A DNA stretch of 64,000 nt, from positions 39,340 through 103,339 of the forward strand of contig LBRD01000006.1 of assembly GCA_000991245.1 (NCBI GenBank), written 5' to 3'. Origin of the DNA: Parcubacteria group bacterium GW2011_GWC1_36_108. GTDB lineage: Bacteria > Patescibacteriota > Minisyncoccia > Moranbacterales > GWC2-37-73. Positions 19,583 through 27,968 of the stretch are shown here, piece by piece (position 1 is the stretch's first letter; the number at the start of each line of letters is the position of its first letter). The position numbers and the translations under genes were made by a program. Under the pieces are notes generated by a model that was not told the origin of the DNA, did no database searches, and saw only the letters and a program-made list of their open reading frames with translations.

Positions 19583-19609
19583 CAGGGCGGAAACACTATT
19601 TAACTGGGG
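19541..19609. other. Structured leader element, copy a (overlaps the annotated galT start)
   Basis: CCCTGTTAAAT...[CCCAGTTGAAT-loop-ATTCAACAGGG]...ATTTAACTGGGG. Confidence 0.7.
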
Positions 19610-19678
19610 TTGTTTTTATTTTTGATTTTGTATTTTTCAATTTGCCAGTTACCAGTTATTGATTACTGGTTACTATTC

Positions 19679-20428
19679 CTACTTCCCAATATTGTATTTT
19701 CCGGTAATCAGTCTCCATTTTGTCTTAAACAAATCAATCAACACCTGAATAAATCCATTTGGTCCGGTCAGACTCACTGTTGAACCTTCTTCATTGAGCC
19801 ATCTTACTGGCATTTGTTTAATCTTGAAACCAAGCTCTTTTGCTAAAATAATCAATTCAAAATCAAAACCGAAACGATCAACAACCATGCGCTGCGCAAC
19901 TTCGTGAGCAGCTTTGCCGGTCAACATTTTAAAACCACATTGAGTATCTGGAAAACTCCAGAGCCCCAATATAATCCTAATAAGCCAATTTCCACCTTCG
20001 CCCATAAATTCTCGATATTTTGGTTGATGAATTTGAACAAATGCTCCTTTTATTTTTCGTGAACCAACAACGACATCAACACCAGACTCCAATTCTGGTA
20101 GACACTTCTCCACATGCGTAATTGAAGTTGAACCATCAGCATCTAAAAATACAACGTACTTACCTTTAGCTTCAAGTAATCCCTGACGAACAACATAACC
20201 CTTACCATGATTAACTTCGTTGTTTATAACACGAAGGTTTTTTATTTGTTTTGCATAATTTCGCGCCACCTCAGCCGTATTATCAGGTGAGCCATCAATA
20301 ACAATAATAACCTCATATTCAAAATTCTTGTCTGACAAAAATTTTTCAATTTCCAATAAGTTAGCACCTATTCTTTCTTTTTCTTTATATGCCGGAATCA
20401 CCACCGACAAGTATGGCTGCTGTTCCAT
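19679..20428 (-). CDS. Family 2 glycosyltransferase (polyprenyl-phosphate sugar transferase-like)
   Basis: SVVIPAYKE...IIVIDGSPDNT...FLDADG motifs. Confidence 0.75.
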   Translation of the reverse strand: MEQQPYLSVVIPAYKEKERIGANLLEIEKFLSDKNFEYEVIIVIDGSPDNTAEVARNYAKQIKNLRVINNEVNHGKGYVVRQGLLEAKGKYVVFLDADGSTSITHVEKCLPELESGVDVVVGSRKIKGAFVQIHQPKYREFMGEGGNWLIRIILGLWSFPDTQCGFKMLTGKAAHEVAQRMVVDRFGFDFELIILAKELGFKIKQMPVRWLNEEGSTVSLTGPNGFIQVLIDLFKTKWRLITGKYNIGK

Positions 20429-20486
20429 TTTTTTTAAATATTACTGATTAAACACCTTTTAAACTATTTTAATTATAACACATGAT

Positions 20487-20915
20487 TTAATTTGTATCTA
20501 GCCATGATTGGAGGATTATCCTAGCAGCTTCTTGATCATCAGTTTTAGCAATATCTCGTCCTCCACGCATTTTAATGTTTGCCTGTGCCATTTTAGTTGT
20601 GAACATTTCTTCTTGAAACATAACACTAATTCCGGATTCTTTCTCAATCTTTTTTGCAAAATCCATTTTCTCTTGCTCACTTTGCTTGTCATTAGTATGC
20701 TTTGTCATTCCAAGTACAATCATTTTTATATCTTCTTTTTTGATAATCTCTTTTAATTTTTGCAAAAACTCACCATCATTCTTGATTGTGTCATATGCGA
20801 AAGCCATTTTCGTTTCACTGTCAGCAATTGCTAATCCAATTTTAGACTTACCAAAATCTACCCCCAAAATGTGGCTTACTTCAGCCATATCTGACTGGTC
20901 TATTGACTTATTCAT
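20487..20915 (-). CDS. ruvX: RuvX/YqgF Holliday-junction-resolvase-like nuclease
   Basis: ILGVDFGKSKIGLAIAD N-terminal RNase H-like motif. Confidence 0.8.
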   Translation of the reverse strand: MNKSIDQSDMAEVSHILGVDFGKSKIGLAIADSETKMAFAYDTIKNDGEFLQKLKEIIKKEDIKMIVLGMTKHTNDKQSEQEKMDFAKKIEKESGISVMFQEEMFTTKMAQANIKMRGGRDIAKTDDQEAARIILQSWLDTN

Positions 20916-20996
20916 AAATATATGCTATTATTAATCATCGATATACGTAGTATATCATATATCCTAAATTTCAGTTCTTACAAAAAGGAGAATGCT

Positions 20997-21302
20997 ATGG
21001 AAAAGTTCAGACCGGAATCACAATACATGCGCAAAGGCGTTATGGCATTATTTGCAGTAGCAATACCTCTGGCCATATTTTTTTGCTGGTACTGGGTAAG
21101 CTACATATTCCGCGTTTCAAATGAGGCGTTCTATGAATCTGTACCAGGAGGTATTCCCTGGTGGATGCCAACACTCGCTATGTTTATTGCCAGCTACATA
21201 ATAAGTATAGCTCGTAAGATACAAATAAGAGATGCTCGAAAGAATAAATATATCTCTTATGACGGAAAAGATTCGAGGTTTCATAGCTGTCTCCTTAAAT
21301 AA
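20997..21302 (+). CDS. Small two-helix membrane protein (hypothetical). The only plus-strand gene in this stretch.
   Basis: AAGGAG RBS 8 nt upstream of the ATG at 20997. Followed by a strong terminator. GC visibly higher than the neighbours. Confidence 0.5.
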   Translation: MEKFRPESQYMRKGVMALFAVAIPLAIFFCWYWVSYIFRVSNEAFYESVPGGIPWWMPTLAMFIASYIISIARKIQIRDARKNKYISYDGKDSRFHSCLLK

Positions 21303-21325
21303 GGCCGCTACTCAGCAAGTATTCA

Positions 21326-21368
21326 GAACCCCACCTCCAGAACATCGGAGACTAGGGGTTCTTTTTTT
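21326..21368 (+). terminator. Rho-independent terminator
   Basis: GAACCCC...GGGGTTC stem followed by TTTTTTT. Confidence 0.7.
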
Positions 21369-21508
21369 ATTTCAAAATATCCTTTTTTGTCATTCTCAGC
21401 TTGACTGGGAATCCAGCCCTTATCAGCCTCGGTAAATTTATTATTTCAAATATGTAGTAACGATTAGTGTCGGGTCTGGATTCCCGTTTTCACGGGAATG
21501 ACAATGAC

Positions 21509-22273
21509 CTACACCGTCAGAACTTCCACTCCGTTTTTCGTGATTAAAATTGTGTTTTCATAGTGGGCGCTGAGTTTTCGGTCAGCAGTCAAATATGCCC
21601 AACCATCGGGGCTCATAACAGTAAGATGGGTTCCAACATTAACCATTGGTTCCAGCGCCAAAGTCATCCCCTGCTCCAATACCAAATCCCTGAAACCTTT
21701 TTCGAAATAATTTGGAACTTGTGGATCTTCGTGAAGATTTTTTCCAATACCGTGACCAACCAAATTTTTCACTACTGAAAAACCAGCATCCTCAGCAATC
21801 TTTTGCGCAGTTTTGCAATATTCGCTAAGCATTGATCCGGCTTTTAAATTTTTAATTCCTTTCCAAAAAGCTTTTTCAGTAATTTCCATTAATTTCTGAG
21901 CTTCTGCGCTAATTTCTCCAACAGCAAAGGTGCGTGCCATATCAGAATAAAAACCTTCTATTTCAATACCAATATCAATCTTAAAAATGTCGCCATTTTT
22001 CAAGATTTTGTCTTCGCTGGGAATACCGTGCACAATTTCATCATTAATCGAAGCGCAAATTGTGGCAGGAAAAGGATTGCTGCCTCCGCCATATCCCTTA
22101 AAAGCTGGGGTTCCACCAGCATTTAAAACAAGCTCCTCGGCGAGCTTGTCAATTTCTATTGTGCTCACGCCAGGTCTAACTTGCTCACCAATTTCTCGCA
22201 TAATTTCAGCCAGCATTTTGCCAGCGCGACGCATAATAGCTATTTCTGATTCAGTTTTAATTGAAATACTCAT
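21509..22273 (-). CDS. map: Methionine aminopeptidase type I
   Basis: IKTESEIAIMRRAG and metal-ligand motifs. Start trimmed to MSISIK. Confidence 0.85.
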   Translation of the reverse strand: MSISIKTESEIAIMRRAGKMLAEIMREIGEQVRPGVSTIEIDKLAEELVLNAGGTPAFKGYGGGSNPFPATICASINDEIVHGIPSEDKILKNGDIFKIDIGIEIEGFYSDMARTFAVGEISAEAQKLMEITEKAFWKGIKNLKAGSMLSEYCKTAQKIAEDAGFSVVKNLVGHGIGKNLHEDPQVPNYFEKGFRDLVLEQGMTLALEPMVNVGTHLTVMSPDGWAYLTADRKLSAHYENTILITKNGVEVLTV

Positions 22274-22414
22274 AATATTATTTAAAACTCGAAATTCGAA
22301 TATCGAAACTCGAAACAAATTTTAATATCAAATTTTCAAAATTCAAAACATTTTTAATTATTTGAATTTATTATTTTGATATTGTTTCGGATTTCGGATT
22401 TCGTGCTTCGGATT

Positions 22415-23053
22415 TTAAAACTCTTCAATAATATCTTCAAAAACTTTCTCCACACTTTGGTTTCCATCCACTTCAATAAGCATTCCTTTTTCTCTGTATT
22501 TTTCAATAACTGGAACTGTGACTTCATAAAAAGTTTTTAGTCTTTTGGCCACGCCATCGGGAGTGTCATCGCCTCGTTGCATCACAGGTCCACCACAAGT
22601 AGGACAAGGATCTTCATCACCGGAAATGTGTTTACCTAAAATGAAATGCCGATAGCAAACTGTGCAAGCATAACGTTTTGTGATGCGAGCAACAGATTCA
22701 TCATATGGAAGAGTAATGTAAATTGCCTTATCTATCGGCCTGTTGAGCTCTTGCAGCATTTTTTCAATAGGCTCAATTTGTCCTATTGTTCGCGGCGCAC
22801 TGTCCAATATGACGCCCTTTTGGGAAGAAACTTTTTCTAAACTATTTTTAATAACATCAACCGTGATTTCATCCGGGATCATTTCCTTATGATCATTTAA
22901 TTCTTTGATTTTCTTTCCCAACTCTGAATTTTCTCTGCCAATTTCACGAAAAATTTGCCCTGTTTCAATATGCGCAAGATTATATTTTTCAGCCAAAAGA
23001 TCTGCTTGTGTGCCCTTGCCGGAGCCTTGAGGACCGAAGATAATTAGATTCAT
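22415..23053 (-). CDS. adk: Adenylate kinase with a Zn lid (CxxC...CxxC)
   Basis: MNLIIFGPQGSGKGTQA, CTVCYRH and CPTCGG. Start trimmed because the ORF N-terminus overlaps a repeat. Confidence 0.9.
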   Translation of the reverse strand: MNLIIFGPQGSGKGTQADLLAEKYNLAHIETGQIFREIGRENSELGKKIKELNDHKEMIPDEITVDVIKNSLEKVSSQKGVILDSAPRTIGQIEPIEKMLQELNRPIDKAIYITLPYDESVARITKRYACTVCYRHFILGKHISGDEDPCPTCGGPVMQRGDDTPDGVAKRLKTFYEVTVPVIEKYREKGMLIEVDGNQSVEKVFEDIIEEF

Positions 23054-23074
23054 GCAGCATGTATCATATAGCAT

Positions 23075-23148
23075 GTAACATAAGACTCAAAGAAAAAAGC
23101 TGAATCTGTATTTTTGTTATATGTTATATGTTGTATGTTATATGTTTT
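23075..23148. repeat. Representative intergenic tandem-heptamer inverted array (CATATAG-type arm, AT spacer, TTATATG-type arm)
   Basis: CATGTATCATATAGCATGTAACAT...TTGTTATATGTTATATGTTGTATGTTATATG. Same architecture at about 19 other intergenic sites. Confidence 0.8.
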
Positions 23149-24420
23149 TTAGAATCCTTCGTAATCTCTCATCACGAGTTGACCTTCAATTTGCTTGATT
23201 GTCTCAATCACAACTGAAACAACAATAAGAATGCTTGTGCCACCAATTTGAATAGCTTGAATATTGGTTAATCCCTGAACTATAAACGGAAGCACAGCAA
23301 TGATTCCTAGAAATATTGACCCCGTAAGGGTAATGCGATTCATAATCTTATAAAGAAAATCTGCGGTTGTTGCCCCCGGTCTGATGCCTGGAATATATCC
23401 TCCTTGTTTTTGCAAATTTTCTGCAATTTTAACTGGATCAAAAACGACAGCAGTATAAAAATATGTAAACATCACAATCAAAACAAAATACATACTACTA
23501 TAAAAAACTTGATTTTGGAAAAGAGTGTTCACGAAAGTTGCTGCATTGGCAATCATTGGGCTGCTAGCTTTCATTAAAAAAGTTGCAATCATTCCAGGAA
23601 AAAGCATAATGGACATCGCAAAAATGATTGGAATCACACCAGCTTGATTAACCCTAAGTGGCAAATGTGAAGATGAACCGCCATAAGTTTTGTCCCCTCT
23701 AACTCTCTTTGCATATGAAACTGGGATATTTCTTTGACCCTCTGTTACCATCACAACTCCACTAATAGTAATGAGCGTTACTACCAAAAGTCCGATGTAA
23801 ATGAATATTTGGGTGGAATCAAATGTCAAAAACAATTTTGACATACTTGAAGGCAAGCCACTGACAATTCCGGCAAAGATAATCAAGGAAACCCCGTTTC
23901 CAATTCCCTTTTCTGTGATAAGTTCTCCAAGCCACATCAAAAAAACTGTTCCTGCGGTTGCAATAACAACGATAACAAAAATTTCAAAAGTTGAAGTTAT
24001 TGAAAGCACTCCTTGGGAGCGAAGAAGTGTTACCATAGAAAAAGTCTGAATTACCGCCAAAGGAACAGTGAGCCACCTTGTCCACATATTAAATTTCTGA
24101 CGACCAGCTTCACCCTCTTCTTTGTATAATTGTTCTACTCGTGGCACAATCATCGTCAAAAGCTGCATAATAATTGACGCAGTAATATACGGTCCAACAC
24201 CGAGCATTACGATTGAAATATTTGTCAAACCTCCTCCAGAAAAAACATTCAACATCCCCAAAAATTGATTGCCTTCAAAAAGTCTTCGAAGTTGTTCGAT
24301 ATTCACACCTGGAAGAGGAATGTTGGCGGCTATGCGGAAAACAATAAGAATCCCCAAGATAAAGAGGATTTTATTGCGAAGCTCGGTTATTTTAAATATT
24401 TGTGTTATTTTTTCAAGCAT
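23149..24420 (-). CDS. secY: Preprotein translocase SecY
   Basis: Ten-helix profile and conserved SecY segments. Confidence 0.9.
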   Translation of the reverse strand: MLEKITQIFKITELRNKILFILGILIVFRIAANIPLPGVNIEQLRRLFEGNQFLGMLNVFSGGGLTNISIVMLGVGPYITASIIMQLLTMIVPRVEQLYKEEGEAGRQKFNMWTRWLTVPLAVIQTFSMVTLLRSQGVLSITSTFEIFVIVVIATAGTVFLMWLGELITEKGIGNGVSLIIFAGIVSGLPSSMSKLFLTFDSTQIFIYIGLLVVTLITISGVVMVTEGQRNIPVSYAKRVRGDKTYGGSSSHLPLRVNQAGVIPIIFAMSIMLFPGMIATFLMKASSPMIANAATFVNTLFQNQVFYSSMYFVLIVMFTYFYTAVVFDPVKIAENLQKQGGYIPGIRPGATTADFLYKIMNRITLTGSIFLGIIAVLPFIVQGLTNIQAIQIGGTSILIVVSVVIETIKQIEGQLVMRDYEGF

Positions 24421-24519
24421 AAAAGACAGCTTTTTAGGCTTTAGCTTCTTAGCTTCTTAGCCGTTAAATTAAATATAATTTTAATTTCCTGAAAAGCTGC
24501 GAAGCTGATGCCTGAGAAG

Positions 24520-24957
24520 CTATTCTAGGATTTTTCCGCCTGCTTTGATTATAGCATCTTTTGCAGTTTGAGAGCAAAGAAGCTCTGCTGAAATAGTAAG
24601 TTTTTTAGTAACAGTTCCAGTAGCTAAGATTTTCACACCATCTTTCGCATCAGCTTTATCAATAAGCTTAGTTTTGAGCAATGTTTCAACAGAAACAACA
24701 TCTCCATCTTTGTAAAATTTTTCCAAAGCTTCCAATTTTACAACTGTTTTCTTGGCAGCAAGAGATTTAAATCCACGAACTTTTTTCAAACGTTCAACAA
24801 GTGAAGATCGTCCACCTTCAAACAATGGATCAATAGATGCTCCAGAGCGAGCTTTCTGACCCTTGTTTCCTTTTCCAGAATAAGTTCCGCGTTTTCCTCC
24901 GCGACCAACGGTTTTTTTATCCTTTCGTTTTTTTACTGTAAGTTGATGAATTTGCAT
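24520..24957 (-). CDS. rplO: Ribosomal protein uL15
   Basis: GRGGKRGTYSGKGNKGQKARSG. Confidence 0.9.
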   Translation of the reverse strand: MQIHQLTVKKRKDKKTVGRGGKRGTYSGKGNKGQKARSGASIDPLFEGGRSSLVERLKKVRGFKSLAAKKTVVKLEALEKFYKDGDVVSVETLLKTKLIDKADAKDGVKILATGTVTKKLTISAELLCSQTAKDAIIKAGGKILE

Positions 24958-24958
24958 A

Positions 24959-25489
24959 TTATTTTACTGCTTTAATTTCCTTAGCTTCTTTAACTTCAAC
25001 GTCTTTAGTCATTTTAATGCGTGGAGCCTTGAGAGCTTTCAAAGCTTCAATTGTTGCTCGCGCAACATTAAGCTTATTCGCTGTTCCCAAAGATTTTGAA
25101 ACAATGTCGCGAATACCAGCCAAATCAACCACTGCTCGCACAGCACCTCCAGCAATAACACCTCGTCCCTCTGAAGCTGGCTTAAGCAAAACTTTTGCGC
25201 TTCCCAATTTCATTCTAATGTCATGAGGAATAGTATTGTCGGACAAATTAACCGTGATCATACATTTCTTTGCATCATTGTAAGCCTTGGTAATAGCATC
25301 AGAAACATCCGATCCCTTAGACACACCAACACCAACTCTTCCTTTGCGATCACCGATCACCAAAGTTGCACGAAAACGAAATCTTCGTCCTCCTTTTACT
25401 ACACGAGTAACACGAGCTAAATCCAAAAGTTTTTGTTCAAATTCTGGTTTCTCTCTGCGTGTATTTTTTTTGCCTGGTCTCTTATTCAT
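24959..25489 (-). CDS. rpsE: Ribosomal protein uS5
   Basis: GRRFRFRATLVIGDRKGRVGVGVSKG. Confidence 0.9.
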   Translation of the reverse strand: MNKRPGKKNTRREKPEFEQKLLDLARVTRVVKGGRRFRFRATLVIGDRKGRVGVGVSKGSDVSDAITKAYNDAKKCMITVNLSDNTIPHDIRMKLGSAKVLLKPASEGRGVIAGGAVRAVVDLAGIRDIVSKSLGTANKLNVARATIEALKALKAPRIKMTKDVEVKEAKEIKAVK

Positions 25490-25519
25490 AGGATAATATA
25501 GTATTTATAATTCAAAACA

Positions 25520-25870
25520 TTAAAACTGCAGTCCGCCTTCTCTAGCACCATCAGCTAAAGATTTAACTTTTCCATGATATTGATATCCTGCTCTATCAAA
25601 TGTCACTGATTCAATTTTAAGTGCAACGCATTTCTTAGCAATAAGCTTTCCAACTTCTTTTGCACCCTCAATTGTATTGGCTGCCTTTTTTATTTCTGCA
25701 AGATTTGCGCTTGCGAGAGTCTTTCCAACAGTGTCATCAATAACTTGAACATAAATGCCCTTCAGGCTTTTAAACACGGCTAACCTCGGCCTGCTTGCAG
25801 ATCCTGAGATCTTTGCGCGAACTCTACGTTTTCTTTGTAATCGGCCGCTATTGCTACTTAATTTGTTCAT
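25520..25870 (-). CDS. rplR: Ribosomal protein uL18
   Basis: RPRLAVFKSLKGIYVQVIDD. Confidence 0.9.
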   Translation of the reverse strand: MNKLSSNSGRLQRKRRVRAKISGSASRPRLAVFKSLKGIYVQVIDDTVGKTLASANLAEIKKAANTIEGAKEVGKLIAKKCVALKIESVTFDRAGYQYHGKVKSLADGAREGGLQF

Positions 25871-25989
25871 AAAATTATACTAATTATGCGAATTTATGCT
25901 AATACACGAATATGCGAATTACGAATGTTATATTTGCGTCATTTGCATATTTGCAGCATTCGCATTCATTCGTGTATTCGTATCGCTAA

Positions 25990-26526
25990 TTATTTACTTG
26001 ATTTTTTACCTTCTTTTCTTCGTACATGCTCTCCAACATATTTAAATCCTTTTCCCTTGTACGGTTCAACTGGCTTAAGTGCTCTAATATTAGCAGAAAA
26101 TTGCCCAACCTTGTGTTTGTCAATTCCTGATACTGTCATCACATTTCCCTCAATCACAACATCCAAATCTGCAGGAACTTCAACAACTACAGGATGTGAA
26201 AATCCGAGCGCAAGAGTAATGGTCTTTCCTGCAATCGCCATACGAAAACCAACTCCATTAAGTTCAAGTTGTTTCTTGAATCCAGTTACCACTCCTTCGA
26301 TCATATTTTCAATCACACGAGCTGTTGTGCCCCAAAGAGCAGGAACATTTTTACCTTTAGCTTCTTTTTCAACCGTAAATTCTTTTTCTCCAAATTTAAT
26401 CGAAACATCAAAATGATGCTGAAATGTCATCGTGCCTTTTGGACCAACAACAGTAACCAGATTTTTATCTGTTGTTACAGTTACGCCTTCTGGGATAGCT
26501 ACAGATTTTTTTCCAATTCTACTCAT
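25990..26526 (-). CDS. rplF: Ribosomal protein uL6
   Basis: MSRIGKKSVAIPEGVTV. Confidence 0.9.
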   Translation of the reverse strand: MSRIGKKSVAIPEGVTVTTDKNLVTVVGPKGTMTFQHHFDVSIKFGEKEFTVEKEAKGKNVPALWGTTARVIENMIEGVVTGFKKQLELNGVGFRMAIAGKTITLALGFSHPVVVEVPADLDVVIEGNVMTVSGIDKHKVGQFSANIRALKPVEPYKGKGFKYVGEHVRRKEGKKSSK

Positions 26527-26623
26527 ATATATTTAACTTACAACTCATAACTTATAACTTATAACGTGCCATGCTTGAGTTTTTTAAGTTGTTTGTTATT
26601 GGTTATTAGTTATTAGTTATTTC

Positions 26624-27028
26624 TTACCAAACTTCACAAATTACTTCACCACCGAGACCAAGTTTTTTTGCCTTATCGCCTGTCATCATTCCTTGCGATG
26701 TTGATATCACTGAAATTCCATATCCATTCTTAACACGCTTTATATCAGTCTTTTTCACATAAATTCTCTGACCTTGGCGACTTACACGCTTGATTTCAGA
26801 AATTGCAGGATTCTTTTCAGTATTTGAAACAACTTCATATCGAAGGACAATTCTAAGCACTGGAAATGTTTCTCCCATTTCTTTTTTCACAGATTCGATG
26901 AAATTTCTTTGCTCTAAAATTTTAGCGATAGACAGTTTCAATTTCGAAAAAGGCACTAACACTTCTTTGTGTTTAACCATTTGCGCATTTCGAATTCTTG
27001 TAAGCATGTCTGCTATTGGATCTAACAT
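26624..27028 (-). CDS. rpsH: Ribosomal protein uS8
   Basis: DPIADMLTRIRNA. Confidence 0.9.
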   Translation of the reverse strand: MLDPIADMLTRIRNAQMVKHKEVLVPFSKLKLSIAKILEQRNFIESVKKEMGETFPVLRIVLRYEVVSNTEKNPAISEIKRVSRQGQRIYVKKTDIKRVKNGYGISVISTSQGMMTGDKAKKLGLGGEVICEVW

Positions 27029-27070
27029 ATTCTAATTCTTTATCCTAATTATAATTATACTAATTCAAAT

Positions 27071-27256
27071 TTACCAACTACTCTTTGTTACTCCCGGTAG
27101 CTCACCCTTGCTTGCTAATTCTCGGAAGCAGATTCTGCAGATATCGTATGCACGAAGATAGCCATGCTTACGACCACATCGCCAACAACGGCGCACAATT
27201 CTGGTTGAAAACTTTGGTTTCTTCTCTGCTCGAGCTTCTGTAGATGTTTTTGCCAT
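27071..27256 (-). CDS. rpsZ: Ribosomal protein uS14, zinc-binding type Z
   Basis: 61 aa. [20 protein letters not shown]. Confidence 0.9.
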   Translation of the reverse strand: MAKTSTEARAEKKPKFSTRIVRRCWRCGRKHGYLRAYDICRICFRELASKGELPGVTKSSW

Positions 27257-27283
27257 AAAATTCTTGTGTTAATTCTTATTGTC

Positions 27284-27345
27284 TAGCGGAGCGAGAGAAA
27301 TGAAAATTCTTTTTCATTTCCGAGCGAGCGACGACAACAAAACGT
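27284..27345. other. Second copy of the TTTCCGAGCGARCGACGA element, between rplE and rpsZ
   Basis: GAGCGAGAGAAATGAAAATTCTTTTTCATTTCCGAGCGAGCGACGACAAC. Confidence 0.6.
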
Positions 27346-27352
27346 ACTCGTT

Positions 27353-27910
27353 TTATTCGCTTTTTAGTGGAAATCCTAATAATTTAAATAATTCTAATCC
27401 TTCTGCTTGTGTGTGTGCATTTGTTGAAACTGTGATCTGCATTCCGAACGTATGCTTTACTTTTTCTGGAGAAATTTCAGGAAAAATCATATGCTCCTTG
27501 AGTCCAATATTCAGATTACCTCCCGTATCAACAGCTTTTCTATTTAACCCTTGAAAATCTCTGGTTCGTGGAAGTGTTGCTGCTACAATCCTATCGATAA
27601 ACTGCCACATCCTAGCTCCACGCAAAGTAACTTTGACACCAATCTCCATCCCCTCTCTAATTTTAAATCCAGAAATAGCTTTCTTCGCTTTTGTCTTTAC
27701 AGGTTTTTGACCAGTAATTGCAGTAAGCGCAGTTACAATTTCTTCTATTTTGTCATTTTCCTTAACAATCTTTCCAATTCCAACATTAACAACAACCTTC
27801 TGAATTCGAGGTACAGCCATAACACTTTTATAGCTAAACTTCTTCTTCATCTCAGCTACAGCTATTTTGGTATATTTATCTTTTGCTGGAGTTATATTCA
27901 TACAATTCAC
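27353..27910 (-). CDS. rplE: Ribosomal protein uL5
   Basis: Conserved uL5 core. Confidence 0.9.
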   Translation of the reverse strand: MNCMNITPAKDKYTKIAVAEMKKKFSYKSVMAVPRIQKVVVNVGIGKIVKENDKIEEIVTALTAITGQKPVKTKAKKAISGFKIREGMEIGVKVTLRGARMWQFIDRIVAATLPRTRDFQGLNRKAVDTGGNLNIGLKEHMIFPEISPEKVKHTFGMQITVSTNAHTQAEGLELFKLLGFPLKSE

Positions 27911-27968
27911 TTAAAACGAATAAATTAAGGGCTATTTACTATATTAAAACATTTTCTCAAAATTCAAA

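Noticed and set aside
21389-21502. Possible CRISPR remnant (repeat GTCATTCCCGTGAAAACGGGAATCCAG)
   Set aside because: Only three copies in 64 kb, in mixed orientation, not evenly spaced, and no cas genes. Treated as a hairpin repeat family.
25886-26416. 176-aa plus-strand ORF
   Set aside because: Antisense to rplF/rplR, which have unmistakable ribosomal protein sequences.
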